27,816 nt of DNA from Verrucomicrobiota bacterium (GCA_045046875.1 JASFYY010000110.1:1-27816), one strand, 5' to 3'. Positions 9,064-18,192 are shown, numbered from the stretch's first letter. Translations and numbers: made by a program. The notes: generated by a model not told the origin, from the letters alone.

Positions 9064-9252
9064 CATTTCGCCCTTTTAGGGCTGGCAATAAAACCGATTT
9101 AACCCCAGCGCTTCGCACTGGGCTATCACATTTTGTCCTTACAGGACAGTATGCCTTTCATCTCTTTTGCACCAACGGTGCTCAATGAGATAGCCCAGAG
9201 CGAAGCACTGGGTAAAAAACCCAATTCTCCCAGCCCTGCAAAGGGCGAAATG
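9064..9252. repeat. Long inverted repeat (REPIN-like) made of two opposed multi-hairpin units
   Basis: 9064-9085 CATTTCGCCCTTTTAGGGCTGG pairs with 9230-9252 CCAGCCCTGCAAAGGGCGAAATG. 9104-9127 CCCAGCGCTTCGCACTGGGCTATC pairs with 9189-9212 GATAGCCCAGAGCGAAGCACTGGG (2 mismatches). Each block is itself a small hairpin. Confidence 0.8.
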
Positions 9253-9300
9253 CATAGCGAGGTCAGCAACTTAACCATTTTGTCTTACACCCGCTCCACA

Positions 9301-9364
9301 GGAGGTCGGGTTTTCCTACCCGACGCGCTTAAGGGGAAATGCCGGACAAAAATGTCCACCCTCC
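9301..9364. repeat. REP-like doublet: two GGAG-headed hairpins in inverted orientation
   Basis: The + strand reads GGAG-GTCGGG-ttttccta-CCCGAC (9301-9324). The - strand reads GGAG-GGTGGACA-tttt-TGTCCGGC (9364-9341). Confidence 0.6.
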
Positions 9365-9427
9365 TTTATGAAACCCTTCCTCCCATACGCGTTTATCCGC
9401 GAAATCCGCGGTAAAACCTCCTATTCC

Positions 9428-12400
9428 CTACCCTTTCGGCTGCACCGCATTACCGGCCCCTTTCTCCAATTTACCTGGATTCGCAGGATCCGGCTTTTTG
9501 CCCAACCTGAAATACCCGGCAGAAGATTTTCCGGAAGCCAATTCTCGGGCATTGATCTTCCACACCCCTTCAACATCATTGGGCGCAAAATCGAGCACCA
9601 CCGTGCTTTTGCCATGTTCCGTCGACCAATAACCACTGCCCTCGGCCACCCTGCCCTCGGGATCCTCAATCCGAATCTCCAGTGGGATGGCCGCATCCAC
9701 AGCTTTGCCATCACGATCCAAAACCGAAATCACCACGTTTTTCCGCTCTCCTCTCAGCGCAGTATTTGGACTAAGGACGCTCAAGGAATCAATTTCAGTA
9801 TCAGTCACCATCAGCATTTTTCCCTCACCAGGCCCCAGGGTCACGTCCAAAACCAACGCATCCTTTTCCTGACGAAAACGCACTGGTCGATGTTTCACCA
9901 AGTCGTAGCCAAAACCAGCTTCCCGCTGCAAGCTAACCCGGGCATCCGAAGGCAAACCATTCTCCATCACCCGTCCATGATGCCCCACATAACGTCCGGC
10001 TTCCCTATGATCATTGACCAGGAAAACATAGTCCGTATTTTCATAACGCCGACGATAAGGCACCACTTCAGGATTAGAAGTCGCTAAGTAAGACTGGTAA
10101 GTGGCCTGCTGCAAAGCTTTTCGCAGGACTCCAGCACGTTTCATCAACTCCGCCTTGTCCTTGAACGCCACTCCCGTGCGTTTATAACTTTCTATCAGAA
10201 TATCAGCTTTTAAGGCCGGGCTCAAATTGACATCCGCGATCACAATTCCACCTTTCTTTTGAAACGCTTTGATCTTCTCGAAAACCGATTGTGTGAGCAC
10301 ATCACAATCCGGCATCACCAGAATTTTATAACCCTGCAAACCTTTCTCCAGAATCGTTTCATCATAAAAAACATCCGCCTGCAAACCCGCCCACTGCATC
10401 ACTTCATAAGCATCACCTATCCAGCCTCCATTCCAACCGTAAGTGCCACGTCCGGCATACATCTGAGCCGCAAAACTTTCATAAAAAGCAATATCGCTTT
10501 TGACCCCTGGTATGGTTTTTAAAGTCGGCCCCAAAGGTTGGGCGACCTCCTTGATCAAACGAGCCAACTCATGTTGAGTCTCCGCATGAGTGTAACGGTA
10601 ACCTCCATCAGAATCCGTCGGCACCAGCGATGCCCAGCCATGATACATGATGCCTTTGATCGGACGTGCGATCTTAGTCCAGAAAGCCTCTCGCAACTGC
10701 ATCGGCGGAATAGTAATAAAAGGTGCCTCCGGTTGTTCCCGCTCCCAGGCAGCTTGCCAATCAGGCCTTTTTTTTCCAGCTTTGGCCATCGGAGCGGTTT
10801 GTGATCGATACCAGATAATCTGGGTCATCTTCATCACATCCTGTTGGTGCGCCGCTCCACCTGCCATCGTCAACAACTCGTCTGTCGCCAATCCAATGCG
10901 GATCGGGTCAGGGTAAGAGTAGGTCCACTGCGAAATGACATCCACATCCCCACCGGATCCATAAGTGGTCGCCACCCGAACCGCAGGGTCATACCAAGTC
11001 CAGAAATCCGAACGTTTGGAAGTTTTTAAACCGCGGTTCAATTCACTGTTCAAGTTGTTCCAACCATCCCCTTTTTTCCAAAACCAGCGATAATAAGTGT
11101 AGATCGGATCATCATCGGCAATGACCCGGTTTGCAGGAAAGCCCTTCAGTTTGGAATACTTCACTCCCCGTTGAGTGATCACTTCTGCCGGTATATCAAG
11201 CCCACTGGCAGCACGGAAAGCCTCCCTATCATGTTTGTGAAAACACGGTCGCGAGTGGCCACGCACTTCCGTATGCAACAAAGCCCCTCCATAAGCCGGC
11301 AGGTCGCCATAACCATTGGCCATCGACACCCCTGCATTATAACAAAATTTTTGAATCTCTGGAAACAGCCCGCAGATGTCTTCACGTCCGACGAAGGGTT
11401 TGCCCTCACGATCCACTCGCTGATATTTTTTATCACTACGCAAATAAGTCGCCGGAGCCGACTGCGAAGTGAAAGTCAATCCCTGCGCCAATGCCCGGTC
11501 AAGCTGTTGACGGGTTTCAGCTAGGCGTTCTTCCGTATTCGGCGCGATTGCTTCTCCCGCTTGCCAAATCGTCCCATAATTCGAGCGTGGCCCCATCGCG
11601 TGCGTGAAACCAATTTCCTTGAGCCGATCCAATTCCTTCAAACCGCTTCCCCACATCAAAATCGGAAACTCCTTGGGTAATTTCCTCGCCACGATGTTGA
11701 CTGGAAAAGATTCACTTGCCTCAAAATTATCTTTTTTGGAACTGGAGAATACCGCCGTAATCTGGTAGCTATCGGGCCGCATGCTGGTATCCAGTGGAAA
11801 AGAAATTTCACGGAACTTACCCGGTGCCAGTTCTGGAATCTCTGCCGACTGCAATTTCCGGGTATCAATAGCGAGCGAAAATTTCGATTTCTTTAAAGGC
11901 TTGCGTTGTAAATTGGTCATTCGAAAACGCAAACCAACCTCTTTTTCCATTCGTCTAAAAGTCTGGCGATCCGATACTCGCTCGATACGCACCGGACGAA
12001 ACTCCAATACCCCGTTCGACAAGCGCACCTGGTCAATGCGACCAGGGAAACCGTGATAATTGCTACCATAACGATCTCCTATCGACAGATCCTTGTTACC
12101 TGCAGCGATGCTGCCCAAGCCTTCCACTCTCTCTCCTCCCTCCAGCTGACCATCGACAAAAAACTGCACCAACCCCGCACCGTCATAAGTAAAAGCAATG
12201 TGATACCATTGATCCGTTTCCATTTTCACCCGCTTGGACTGCCAGGTCACCGATCTGCCGCCAAAACCGAGATCAAGTCGTAAGACCTTCATACTACCTT
12301 CTTTGCTACGACCAAAAGAAAGTTTGTAGTCCGTATCCGAAACGTATTTTTTATCCAACAACACCGCACCAGAATAACCCTCCATTTTTTCTCCCGGACT

Positions 12401-12790
12401 GATCCACATTTCCACCGTAAAGGCTCCCTCCGGCGATAAGGATGGATGATTTTTAACCATCACCGCATGGCGTTCATCGATCACCGGCCAGCCGGAGAAA
12501 GATTCCAGGCACTTGCCAAATTTCCCCTTGGCATTGATCTTGCCGCCGCTCAATTTGCCTAACAACCCTTTACCCGAATCATCCTCAATCACCGCCAACT
12601 CCTGCGCCGCCTTTCCATCAAAAGACCACAGCGCGATCACATGCGCACCTTTGGCATCCGCCCCCTTGTAGGCCTGCTGCCACGGTTGCTGCAAATTGAC
12701 CTCGACCGTCTCCTTTTTGTCAGGAAGCGCCTGTGCCAGCAAGGGGGAAAAGCTCAATAATGCGATTAATAATGTCCATCGGTTATTCAT
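9428..12790 (-). CDS. Secreted 1120-aa multidomain protein: LamG-like jellyroll, putative glycoside hydrolase-like catalytic region, GH42 trimerisation-like domain, C-terminal beta-sandwich
   Basis: Signal peptide MNNRWTLLIALLSFSPLLAQA. Canonical LamG (IALWSFD..DDSG..GKFGKC..FTVEMW..WYHIAFTYDG..FPGRIDQV). The segment GLQADVF..LQGYKILVMP..KIKAFQKKGGIVIAD resembles the GH42 trimerisation domain. Confidence 0.8.
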   Translation of the reverse strand: MNNRWTLLIALLSFSPLLAQALPDKKETVEVNLQQPWQQAYKGADAKGAHVIALWSFDGKAAQELAVIEDDSGKGLLGKLSGGKINAKGKFGKCLESFSGWPVIDERHAVMVKNHPSLSPEGAFTVEMWISPGEKMEGYSGAVLLDKKYVSDTDYKLSFGRSKEGSMKVLRLDLGFGGRSVTWQSKRVKMETDQWYHIAFTYDGAGLVQFFVDGQLEGGERVEGLGSIAAGNKDLSIGDRYGSNYHGFPGRIDQVRLSNGVLEFRPVRIERVSDRQTFRRMEKEVGLRFRMTNLQRKPLKKSKFSLAIDTRKLQSAEIPELAPGKFREISFPLDTSMRPDSYQITAVFSSSKKDNFEASESFPVNIVARKLPKEFPILMWGSGLKELDRLKEIGFTHAMGPRSNYGTIWQAGEAIAPNTEERLAETRQQLDRALAQGLTFTSQSAPATYLRSDKKYQRVDREGKPFVGREDICGLFPEIQKFCYNAGVSMANGYGDLPAYGGALLHTEVRGHSRPCFHKHDREAFRAASGLDIPAEVITQRGVKYSKLKGFPANRVIADDDPIYTYYRWFWKKGDGWNNLNSELNRGLKTSKRSDFWTWYDPAVRVATTYGSGGDVDVISQWTYSYPDPIRIGLATDELLTMAGGAAHQQDVMKMTQIIWYRSQTAPMAKAGKKRPDWQAAWEREQPEAPFITIPPMQLREAFWTKIARPIKGIMYHGWASLVPTDSDGGYRYTHAETQHELARLIKEVAQPLGPTLKTIPGVKSDIAFYESFAAQMYAGRGTYGWNGGWIGDAYEVMQWAGLQADVFYDETILEKGLQGYKILVMPDCDVLTQSVFEKIKAFQKKGGIVIADVNLSPALKADILIESYKRTGVAFKDKAELMKRAGVLRKALQQATYQSYLATSNPEVVPYRRRYENTDYVFLVNDHREAGRYVGHHGRVMENGLPSDARVSLQREAGFGYDLVKHRPVRFRQEKDALVLDVTLGPGEGKMLMVTDTEIDSLSVLSPNTALRGERKNVVISVLDRDGKAVDAAIPLEIRIEDPEGRVAEGSGYWSTEHGKSTVVLDFAPNDVEGVWKINARELASGKSSAGYFRLGKKPDPANPGKLEKGAGNAVQPKG

Positions 12791-12884
12791 ACAAAAATAG
12801 TCTTACCTGCAATCCCCCTACCCGCAAGCTTCTTGCAAATTTGTTATCAGCGCAGATAGCTACCCCGAACACATAACGACCATT

Positions 12885-12908
12885 GTAGGGCGAGCGCTCC
12901 GCTTACCC
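12885..12908 (+). repeat. Single GTAG-type REP-like hairpin
   Basis: GTAG overlaps an imperfect stem, GGGCGAGCG-ctc-CGCTTACCC. There is only one copy in the window. Confidence 0.4.
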
Positions 12909-12957
12909 AGTGCCAAGAACAGCTTAAATCAGACCTTTGGCTGTAGTCCCCCATCCC

Positions 12958-13012
12958 TATTCGCGTTTATTAGCGTGCAATCTTGACCGCCGAAGCCTCA
13001 GCGAAGGAGGTT
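12958..13012. repeat. 55-bp dispersed intergenic repeat, copy 1
   Basis: TATTCGCGTTTATTAGCGTGCAATCTTGACCGCCGAAGCCTCAGCGAAGGAGGTT, 53/55 identical to 22017-22071. Confidence 0.93.
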
Positions 13013-13034
13013 CGCGCTTCCCACCCCGCCAGCT

Positions 13035-13952
13035 TCAAGAAAGTGGCGAACTCGGGCTGAAGTCCCCCGCATGATACGAACTTCTCACCAAAGGCCCCGA
13101 AGACACATGAATAAAACCTTTGCCCAAAGCCTGTTCTTTCAACTGGGCAAATACATTCGGGTGGATGTATTCCACCACCGGCAGATGATTTGCCGACGGC
13201 TGCAAATATTGCCCCAGGGTCAATACCTCGACCCCATGCTCACGCAAATCATCCATCGCTAGCAATACTTCATCCACACTCTCCCCCAATCCCAACATCA
13301 TCCCGCTTTTGGTGGTCGTTTTTTGCTCCAATGATTCAGCCATTCTTTTAGCCTGCTGCAGCACTTCCAAAGAACGGTCATATTTCGCTCGCGAACGAAC
13401 CAAGGAGGTCAGCCTCTCAACCGTTTCCAAATTGTGATTGAACACCTCCGGCGCTGCTTCCATCACCGTCAAAATAGCGTCGTTTTTGAGATTGAAATCT
13501 GGCACCAAAACCTCGATCACCACCTCGGAACCCTTCGCCCTCACCGCTCGAATCGTATCGGCAAAATGTTGTGCCCCGCCATCCGCCAGATCATCCCGCG
13601 CCACCGCTGTGATCACCACATGTTTCAAACCCAGTCGATGACAAGCTTCGGCAACCCGCTCCGGCTCGTCAATTTCAAGATCAAAGGGTTTGGCCGTTTT
13701 GACCGCACAAAACCCACAGGCACGAGTGCAGCGATCCCCCGCGATCATGAACGTCGCCGTGCCCTGTTCCCAGCATTCCCAGCGATTGGGGCACTGCGCC
13801 TCCTCACAAACCGTGACCAGCTTCAAGTCCGATACCATCGCCTTGGTCGACCAGAACGCCGGGTTGCTTGGCAAATTAACCCTCAACCACTCAGGCTTGC
13901 GTTCTCTTTTCCTGACGGCTTTCCCGCTGACTTGATCAATCCCATTCTCCAT
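13035..13952 (-). CDS. lipA: Lipoyl synthase
   Basis: KPEWLR, auxiliary-cluster motif CEEAQCPNRWEC (CX4CX5C), radical-SAM motif CTRACGFC, HNLETV, TLGQYLQP and the C-terminal RSSY. Confidence 0.98.
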   Translation of the reverse strand: MENGIDQVSGKAVRKRERKPEWLRVNLPSNPAFWSTKAMVSDLKLVTVCEEAQCPNRWECWEQGTATFMIAGDRCTRACGFCAVKTAKPFDLEIDEPERVAEACHRLGLKHVVITAVARDDLADGGAQHFADTIRAVRAKGSEVVIEVLVPDFNLKNDAILTVMEAAPEVFNHNLETVERLTSLVRSRAKYDRSLEVLQQAKRMAESLEQKTTTKSGMMLGLGESVDEVLLAMDDLREHGVEVLTLGQYLQPSANHLPVVEYIHPNVFAQLKEQALGKGFIHVSSGPLVRSSYHAGDFSPSSPLS

Positions 13953-13982
13953 TCTATCTCCTAACTTCTAAGTCCTTAGAAT

Positions 13983-14792
13983 TCACCAATGTTGGGGAAT
14001 CGGTGGATCCACCGTCCACTTACGATACCGTTCACCAATAAACTTTGCCAGTTGAGCTTGATTGCCGCGCCCATTGCCCTCGATCTCCATCGGTTCACCA
14101 AATTCAAAATGCACCGGACACTGGGGGCGGATTTTACCGAAGTCCCGAACTTTCCAACCGTCCGAGCCCCAGGCATCGGTGCGCAAAGCAATCGGCACCA
14201 CCGGCACCCCTGCCCGCTTGGCGATCTTCACCGCGATCGAATTGAACTTATCTTGAACAAATGCCGTCGTCCTTTTCCCCTGAGGAAATACCACCATCGA
14301 AACCCCCCGTTCCAACCGTTCAACACCACCAGTCAGCATCTTTTTCAAATCCTCCCGCGGACTGGAGTAGTTCACCACCACCGGATCACAGGACTCCATC
14401 ACATGTTTGAAAATCGGATATTCTATCAGACTTTGTTTGACCACAAAAGTGACATCCAGATGCGGTTGGATAATAGCCGGCAGCACAAAGGTCTCCAAAG
14501 TACTCATGTGATTCCCGACAAACACACAAGGCGACTTGATCCGCTTGAGCACATCGACGTTTTTTATCGTCATGCGCACCCCGGCGGACTCCAGTGCACG
14601 GGTGATTCCACGACTGCTTGCTGCCCAGGCGGCACGACCATAAAGCCCCTTTTCAGCCATTCTTGCGGCTTTGAGCACCACAAAAAACGCTTTGGGATAA
14701 TAAACCAAACTGGGAAACAGCTTCGATAACAAGCTCGCTGCTTTATCCGAGGTCTGATAATCTTCTAAAATTTTATCGCTTGCAGGCCACAT
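13983..14792 (-). CDS. Lysophospholipid acyltransferase family protein (PlsC-like)
   Basis: Acyltransferase blocks NHMSTLE, FVVK.SL..P.F, VFPQGKR and AKRAGVPVVPIAL. Confidence 0.87.
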   Translation of the reverse strand: MWPASDKILEDYQTSDKAASLLSKLFPSLVYYPKAFFVVLKAARMAEKGLYGRAAWAASSRGITRALESAGVRMTIKNVDVLKRIKSPCVFVGNHMSTLETFVLPAIIQPHLDVTFVVKQSLIEYPIFKHVMESCDPVVVNYSSPREDLKKMLTGGVERLERGVSMVVFPQGKRTTAFVQDKFNSIAVKIAKRAGVPVVPIALRTDAWGSDGWKVRDFGKIRPQCPVHFEFGEPMEIEGNGRGNQAQLAKFIGERYRKWTVDPPIPQHW

Positions 14793-14948
14793 GATGATGA
14801 AAAATACACTTATCCAATATTGTCATGGGCAACTTTCAAAGCGAAGCCCACAACAGGAATGCGTGAAAAGAACCCACGCTCGACCTCTTTTCAAGCCCCA
14901 AGTCACGAGAATTGCTTCCGCGCTGCCTGAGCATCCTCTGCCCAGCAC

Positions 14949-16055
14949 TTAAACTGGAACCATTTTGATCGGATACGCTCCCTTCGAGTTCCATTGCAGC
15001 GCATAAAGCGCCCCTTCGTCATCCACGCACACATCATGTACATGCTGAAACCAGTCGCCCACTTGGTACATCGACTGCAATTGACCTTCTTTGTCATACA
15101 CCGGCGCGCTGCCCCCGGGATTGGAGACCACTTTGTTATTGTCATCAATAATGGTCACAAACCCAGATGACTTGCTCCGCTTGCCCGTATCCGGATCCTT
15201 CGACCAGCAAACTCCGGCATATCCGTGCCCCTGATGAAACACGCACTGCCCCGCGTAAGCTCCCGGAAGAGCAAGTTCAAACAAATATTCTCCCGCCAGG
15301 GTGAACCATTTCAGCTTTTGCTCTGAACGAGAGCTAACCACCAGTTTAGGGTTTTCCGGGTTCCTATTATCTATGGAAATGCCATGGGAACTTTTTAATC
15401 TCGCTTGAGGATTAGGATCCAAAGCGCCTCCAAATCGGCGAATGTATTTACCGTTATGATCGTATTGCAAAACCCAGTTAGAGCCATAACCATCCGCCAC
15501 ATAGACATCTCCCGTGGGTGCCACCGCGATATCGCAGGGTTGAAAAGGCTCCCCAGGTTCATAAGCCCCCACCGTCACCGGATGCCCCAGAGTGAACACA
15601 TGTTTCCCCTCAGTGGTGATTTTCGAAACCCTGCCTTGCTCCCGGCTCGCTTTGCCATCATCCCCGCGCACCATCCATCCTCCATCGGCGATATAAAAAA
15701 ACTCCTCCCCGTTTTCATCAAAAACCTCCAAGCCGTGGGCTCCCGGATATTCCGTTCCCCACGAGTGCACCAACTTCCCGCTCTTGTCATAAATCAAAAA
15801 GTTGTTCCTCACTCCGTCACACAAAGTGTGCAACAGGCCGTCCTTGGTCTGCACCATTGCGTGGCAATTCACAATCGGGTATTTGCCGGCATCCAGTTTG
15901 CCCCATTGTGGTAAAACCTTGAATCGACGTGAGCCGTGTCCAATCACAACTTCCTCTGCCGCGTTCACTTGGAGCGGTCCGGCGATCCCCGCTGCAGCAG
16001 CGCCGCTGAGGGTGGATAAAAAACGCCGTCGACTGGGGTGGGGTGAAGCCTTCAT
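14949..16055 (-). CDS. Tat-exported NHL-repeat six-bladed beta-propeller (PAL lyase-like)
   Basis: The ATG at 16055 gives a twin-arginine signal (SRRRFLSTL..VNA-A). NHL blades include PCDIAVAPTGDVYVADGYG, AHGL, SHGI and VHDVCVDDEGALY. Confidence 0.85.
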   Translation of the reverse strand: MKASPHPSRRRFLSTLSGAAAAGIAGPLQVNAAEEVVIGHGSRRFKVLPQWGKLDAGKYPIVNCHAMVQTKDGLLHTLCDGVRNNFLIYDKSGKLVHSWGTEYPGAHGLEVFDENGEEFFYIADGGWMVRGDDGKASREQGRVSKITTEGKHVFTLGHPVTVGAYEPGEPFQPCDIAVAPTGDVYVADGYGSNWVLQYDHNGKYIRRFGGALDPNPQARLKSSHGISIDNRNPENPKLVVSSRSEQKLKWFTLAGEYLFELALPGAYAGQCVFHQGHGYAGVCWSKDPDTGKRSKSSGFVTIIDDNNKVVSNPGGSAPVYDKEGQLQSMYQVGDWFQHVHDVCVDDEGALYALQWNSKGAYPIKMVPV

Positions 16056-16219
16056 AACAAAAGATGGCGGCTTTCCACTAAAATTCAATATCTCTATGCC
16101 CCTTCGAGTGTAAGGCATCCCTGGCAAAACCGCGAATGCACTTGTTTGCATCGAATCCTTTGCATTTGTCCTTACCTTCTGATAAGGGTTTTGCTGCTTT
16201 AAAAACCATCCCCATCATT

Positions 16220-16510
16220 TTGAATCCATCCACTCCTTCTCCTGATCGCCGCCGCTTACTTGGTCGCCTGTTTTTTGGCATGTTCGTTTTTGCCCTTGTG
16301 ATGGGACCGGGCCCTGGTGTTTACCTTATCAATCCCGACCCCGGCGACCCCGAAGCCCGGCGATTTATTTTCGGCATGCCTATCATTTACGTCTGGGCCT
16401 CCTTTTGGTTCATCGTCCAGGCCTCATCCGTTGCCCTCGCTTACGTTTTCATCTGGAACACCGACTCGGACGATTCCGCTGCCGAGCATCCCTCAACTAC
16501 TGACGCTTAA
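16220..16510 (+). CDS. Small two-TM membrane protein, probable symporter accessory subunit (DUF3311/DUF485-like)
   Basis: Two hydrophobic helices separated by GPG..LINP..FIFGMP..Y.W. The stop overlaps the symporter ATG (TAATG at 16508-16512). The start codon is uncertain; TTG 16220 is chosen. Confidence 0.75.
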   Translation: MNPSTPSPDRRRLLGRLFFGMFVFALVMGPGPGVYLINPDPGDPEARRFIFGMPIIYVWASFWFIVQASSVALAYVFIWNTDSDDSAAEHPSTTDA

Positions 16511-18177
16511 TGAAACTCCTGCCTCTATTTGCACAAGCTCCAACAGCAGCGGCTGAAAAAGCATCTTCTGCTGATCTCAGCTCCATCGGAATCATTGTGA
16601 TGATCATTTACATGATCGTCTTGTTGGCACTCGGTGTCGTCGGCTGGTTGCGCAGTAAAAACACCGAGGAAGATTTCTATCTTGCCGGCCGCGGCCAGGG
16701 TTTCCTAGTCACCGTCATGACCATCATGGCAACCTTTTTCTCCAGTGCCGCTATTCTTGGCATCCCAGGTGGAGTTTATAAAGATGGTACGGCCTTCATG
16801 TTATTCGCCATGAACCTTCCCTGCGCCGGTGCCTGTATTTATTTGCTGGGATCAAAAATCCGTCGCATTGGCCAAAAACGCAACTACGTCACCCAGGGGG
16901 ACATGATTTCCGACTATTACGGTGACATTCCCGCCATCCGCATCGTCGTCGCCATGATTGGCTTTTTCTACGTGCTGCCTTACATCATCATGCAGATCAA
17001 AGCCGGGGGTTACCTCGCCCAGGGCATGTTCCCCAACGCTGCCGACTTAAACGTCTTTGGTCACTCCATGCCTATTTTTCAAGTGGGCGCCACCACCCTC
17101 TCTCTGGTCACCATGTTTTATGTTCTGATCGGCGGCATGCGCTCTGTCGCCTGGACCGATGTTTTGCAAGGCGTGTTACTTTTGGGAGGCATGATTCTCG
17201 CCGCCGTCGCCGCCATCATTTCCATGGGTGGTTTTAGTGGTTATTTTGCAAAAGTAGCCGAACTGCCACCCGAAGCCTTGTCGGTCCCCGGCGCAACCGG
17301 TGCCTGGCCAGCATGGAAGCTCATGAGCGTGGCGGTCTTCGCCTCGATAGGATCTCTGGTGCAACCCGGGCAATGGATCCGCATGTACGCCGCCAAAAAC
17401 GACCAGATCCTCAAAAAAAGCGCCCTCATCTTCGCCGTGGTACTGCCCTCGTGTTTTTTATTCGGCATCATGCTCGTCGCCCTCGTCGGGCGTGCCATCT
17501 ACCCTCCCGAAATGATCGATGGAGAACTGGTCGCGCACTCTTTTGTCGGAGAGTTCGACCAGATCGTCATCGTCATGATCAAGGAGCAACTCCCCGCGAT
17601 GATGGGCGGAATCGGCTTGATCCTGGTCGCCGTCCTGCTGGTCGCGGTGCTCGCCGCCTCCATGTCCACCGCTGACAGCAACCTGCATGCGCTGTCCGCC
17701 GTTTTCACCCGTGATATCTATGATCGCATGCTGCGCCCCGGCGCTACCCAAAACGAGCGCGCCTGGATCAGCCGTGTGGTCATCGTTCTTGCCACCCTAT
17801 TGGCGTTATGGCTGGTCAACGCTGGCCATGACAACGAAAAATTTGCACCTTTGAAAATGATCGCCAGCCTGATGTTTGCCGCGATCGCTTTCTCCTGCCA
17901 ATTACTGCCCGCCACCGTGGACATGCTCTTCATTCGCAAAGGCACCCGCGCCGGAGTCCTCGCTGGCATGATCGCAGGAGTGGTCACGGTCTTTCTTTTC
18001 ACCCCCTTCGCTCCCGCCGCCATTGGAGAAACGGTCAAACCCCTGACCCGTAATCTCGACCTCGGCCTGATCGGATTCACGGTGAATGTGATCGTCTTTG
18101 TCCTGGTATCAAAACTCACCCCGGCGCTTGATCAAAAACACATCGCCGCGCTGAGCAAAGACATGGACACCCGCTAG
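16510..18177 (+). CDS. Sodium:solute symporter (SSS family, PanF/PutP-like)
   Basis: Multi-TM protein with EDFYLAGR, ATFFS, GGMRSVAWTDVLQG and AASMSTADS..RDIY motifs. Confidence 0.95.
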   Translation: MKLLPLFAQAPTAAAEKASSADLSSIGIIVMIIYMIVLLALGVVGWLRSKNTEEDFYLAGRGQGFLVTVMTIMATFFSSAAILGIPGGVYKDGTAFMLFAMNLPCAGACIYLLGSKIRRIGQKRNYVTQGDMISDYYGDIPAIRIVVAMIGFFYVLPYIIMQIKAGGYLAQGMFPNAADLNVFGHSMPIFQVGATTLSLVTMFYVLIGGMRSVAWTDVLQGVLLLGGMILAAVAAIISMGGFSGYFAKVAELPPEALSVPGATGAWPAWKLMSVAVFASIGSLVQPGQWIRMYAAKNDQILKKSALIFAVVLPSCFLFGIMLVALVGRAIYPPEMIDGELVAHSFVGEFDQIVIVMIKEQLPAMMGGIGLILVAVLLVAVLAASMSTADSNLHALSAVFTRDIYDRMLRPGATQNERAWISRVVIVLATLLALWLVNAGHDNEKFAPLKMIASLMFAAIAFSCQLLPATVDMLFIRKGTRAGVLAGMIAGVVTVFLFTPFAPAAIGETVKPLTRNLDLGLIGFTVNVIVFVLVSKLTPALDQKHIAALSKDMDTR

Positions 18178-18192
18178 GTCAAACACACCGCG

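Noticed and set aside
9133..9414. 93-aa ORF in the convergent gap
   Set aside because: It runs through palindromic repeats, starts at TTG and has no protein-like features.
9368..10087. 239-aa plus-strand ORF
   Set aside because: Antisense shadow of the 1120-aa gene, with atypical composition.
13989..14729. 246-aa plus-strand ORF
   Set aside because: Antisense to the acyltransferase, with no independent support.
16056..16219. Overlapping long starts at 16151 (-) and 16136 (+)
   Set aside because: The two would overlap head to head. Shorter starts leave a plausible divergent promoter gap and put the Tat motif at the N-terminus.
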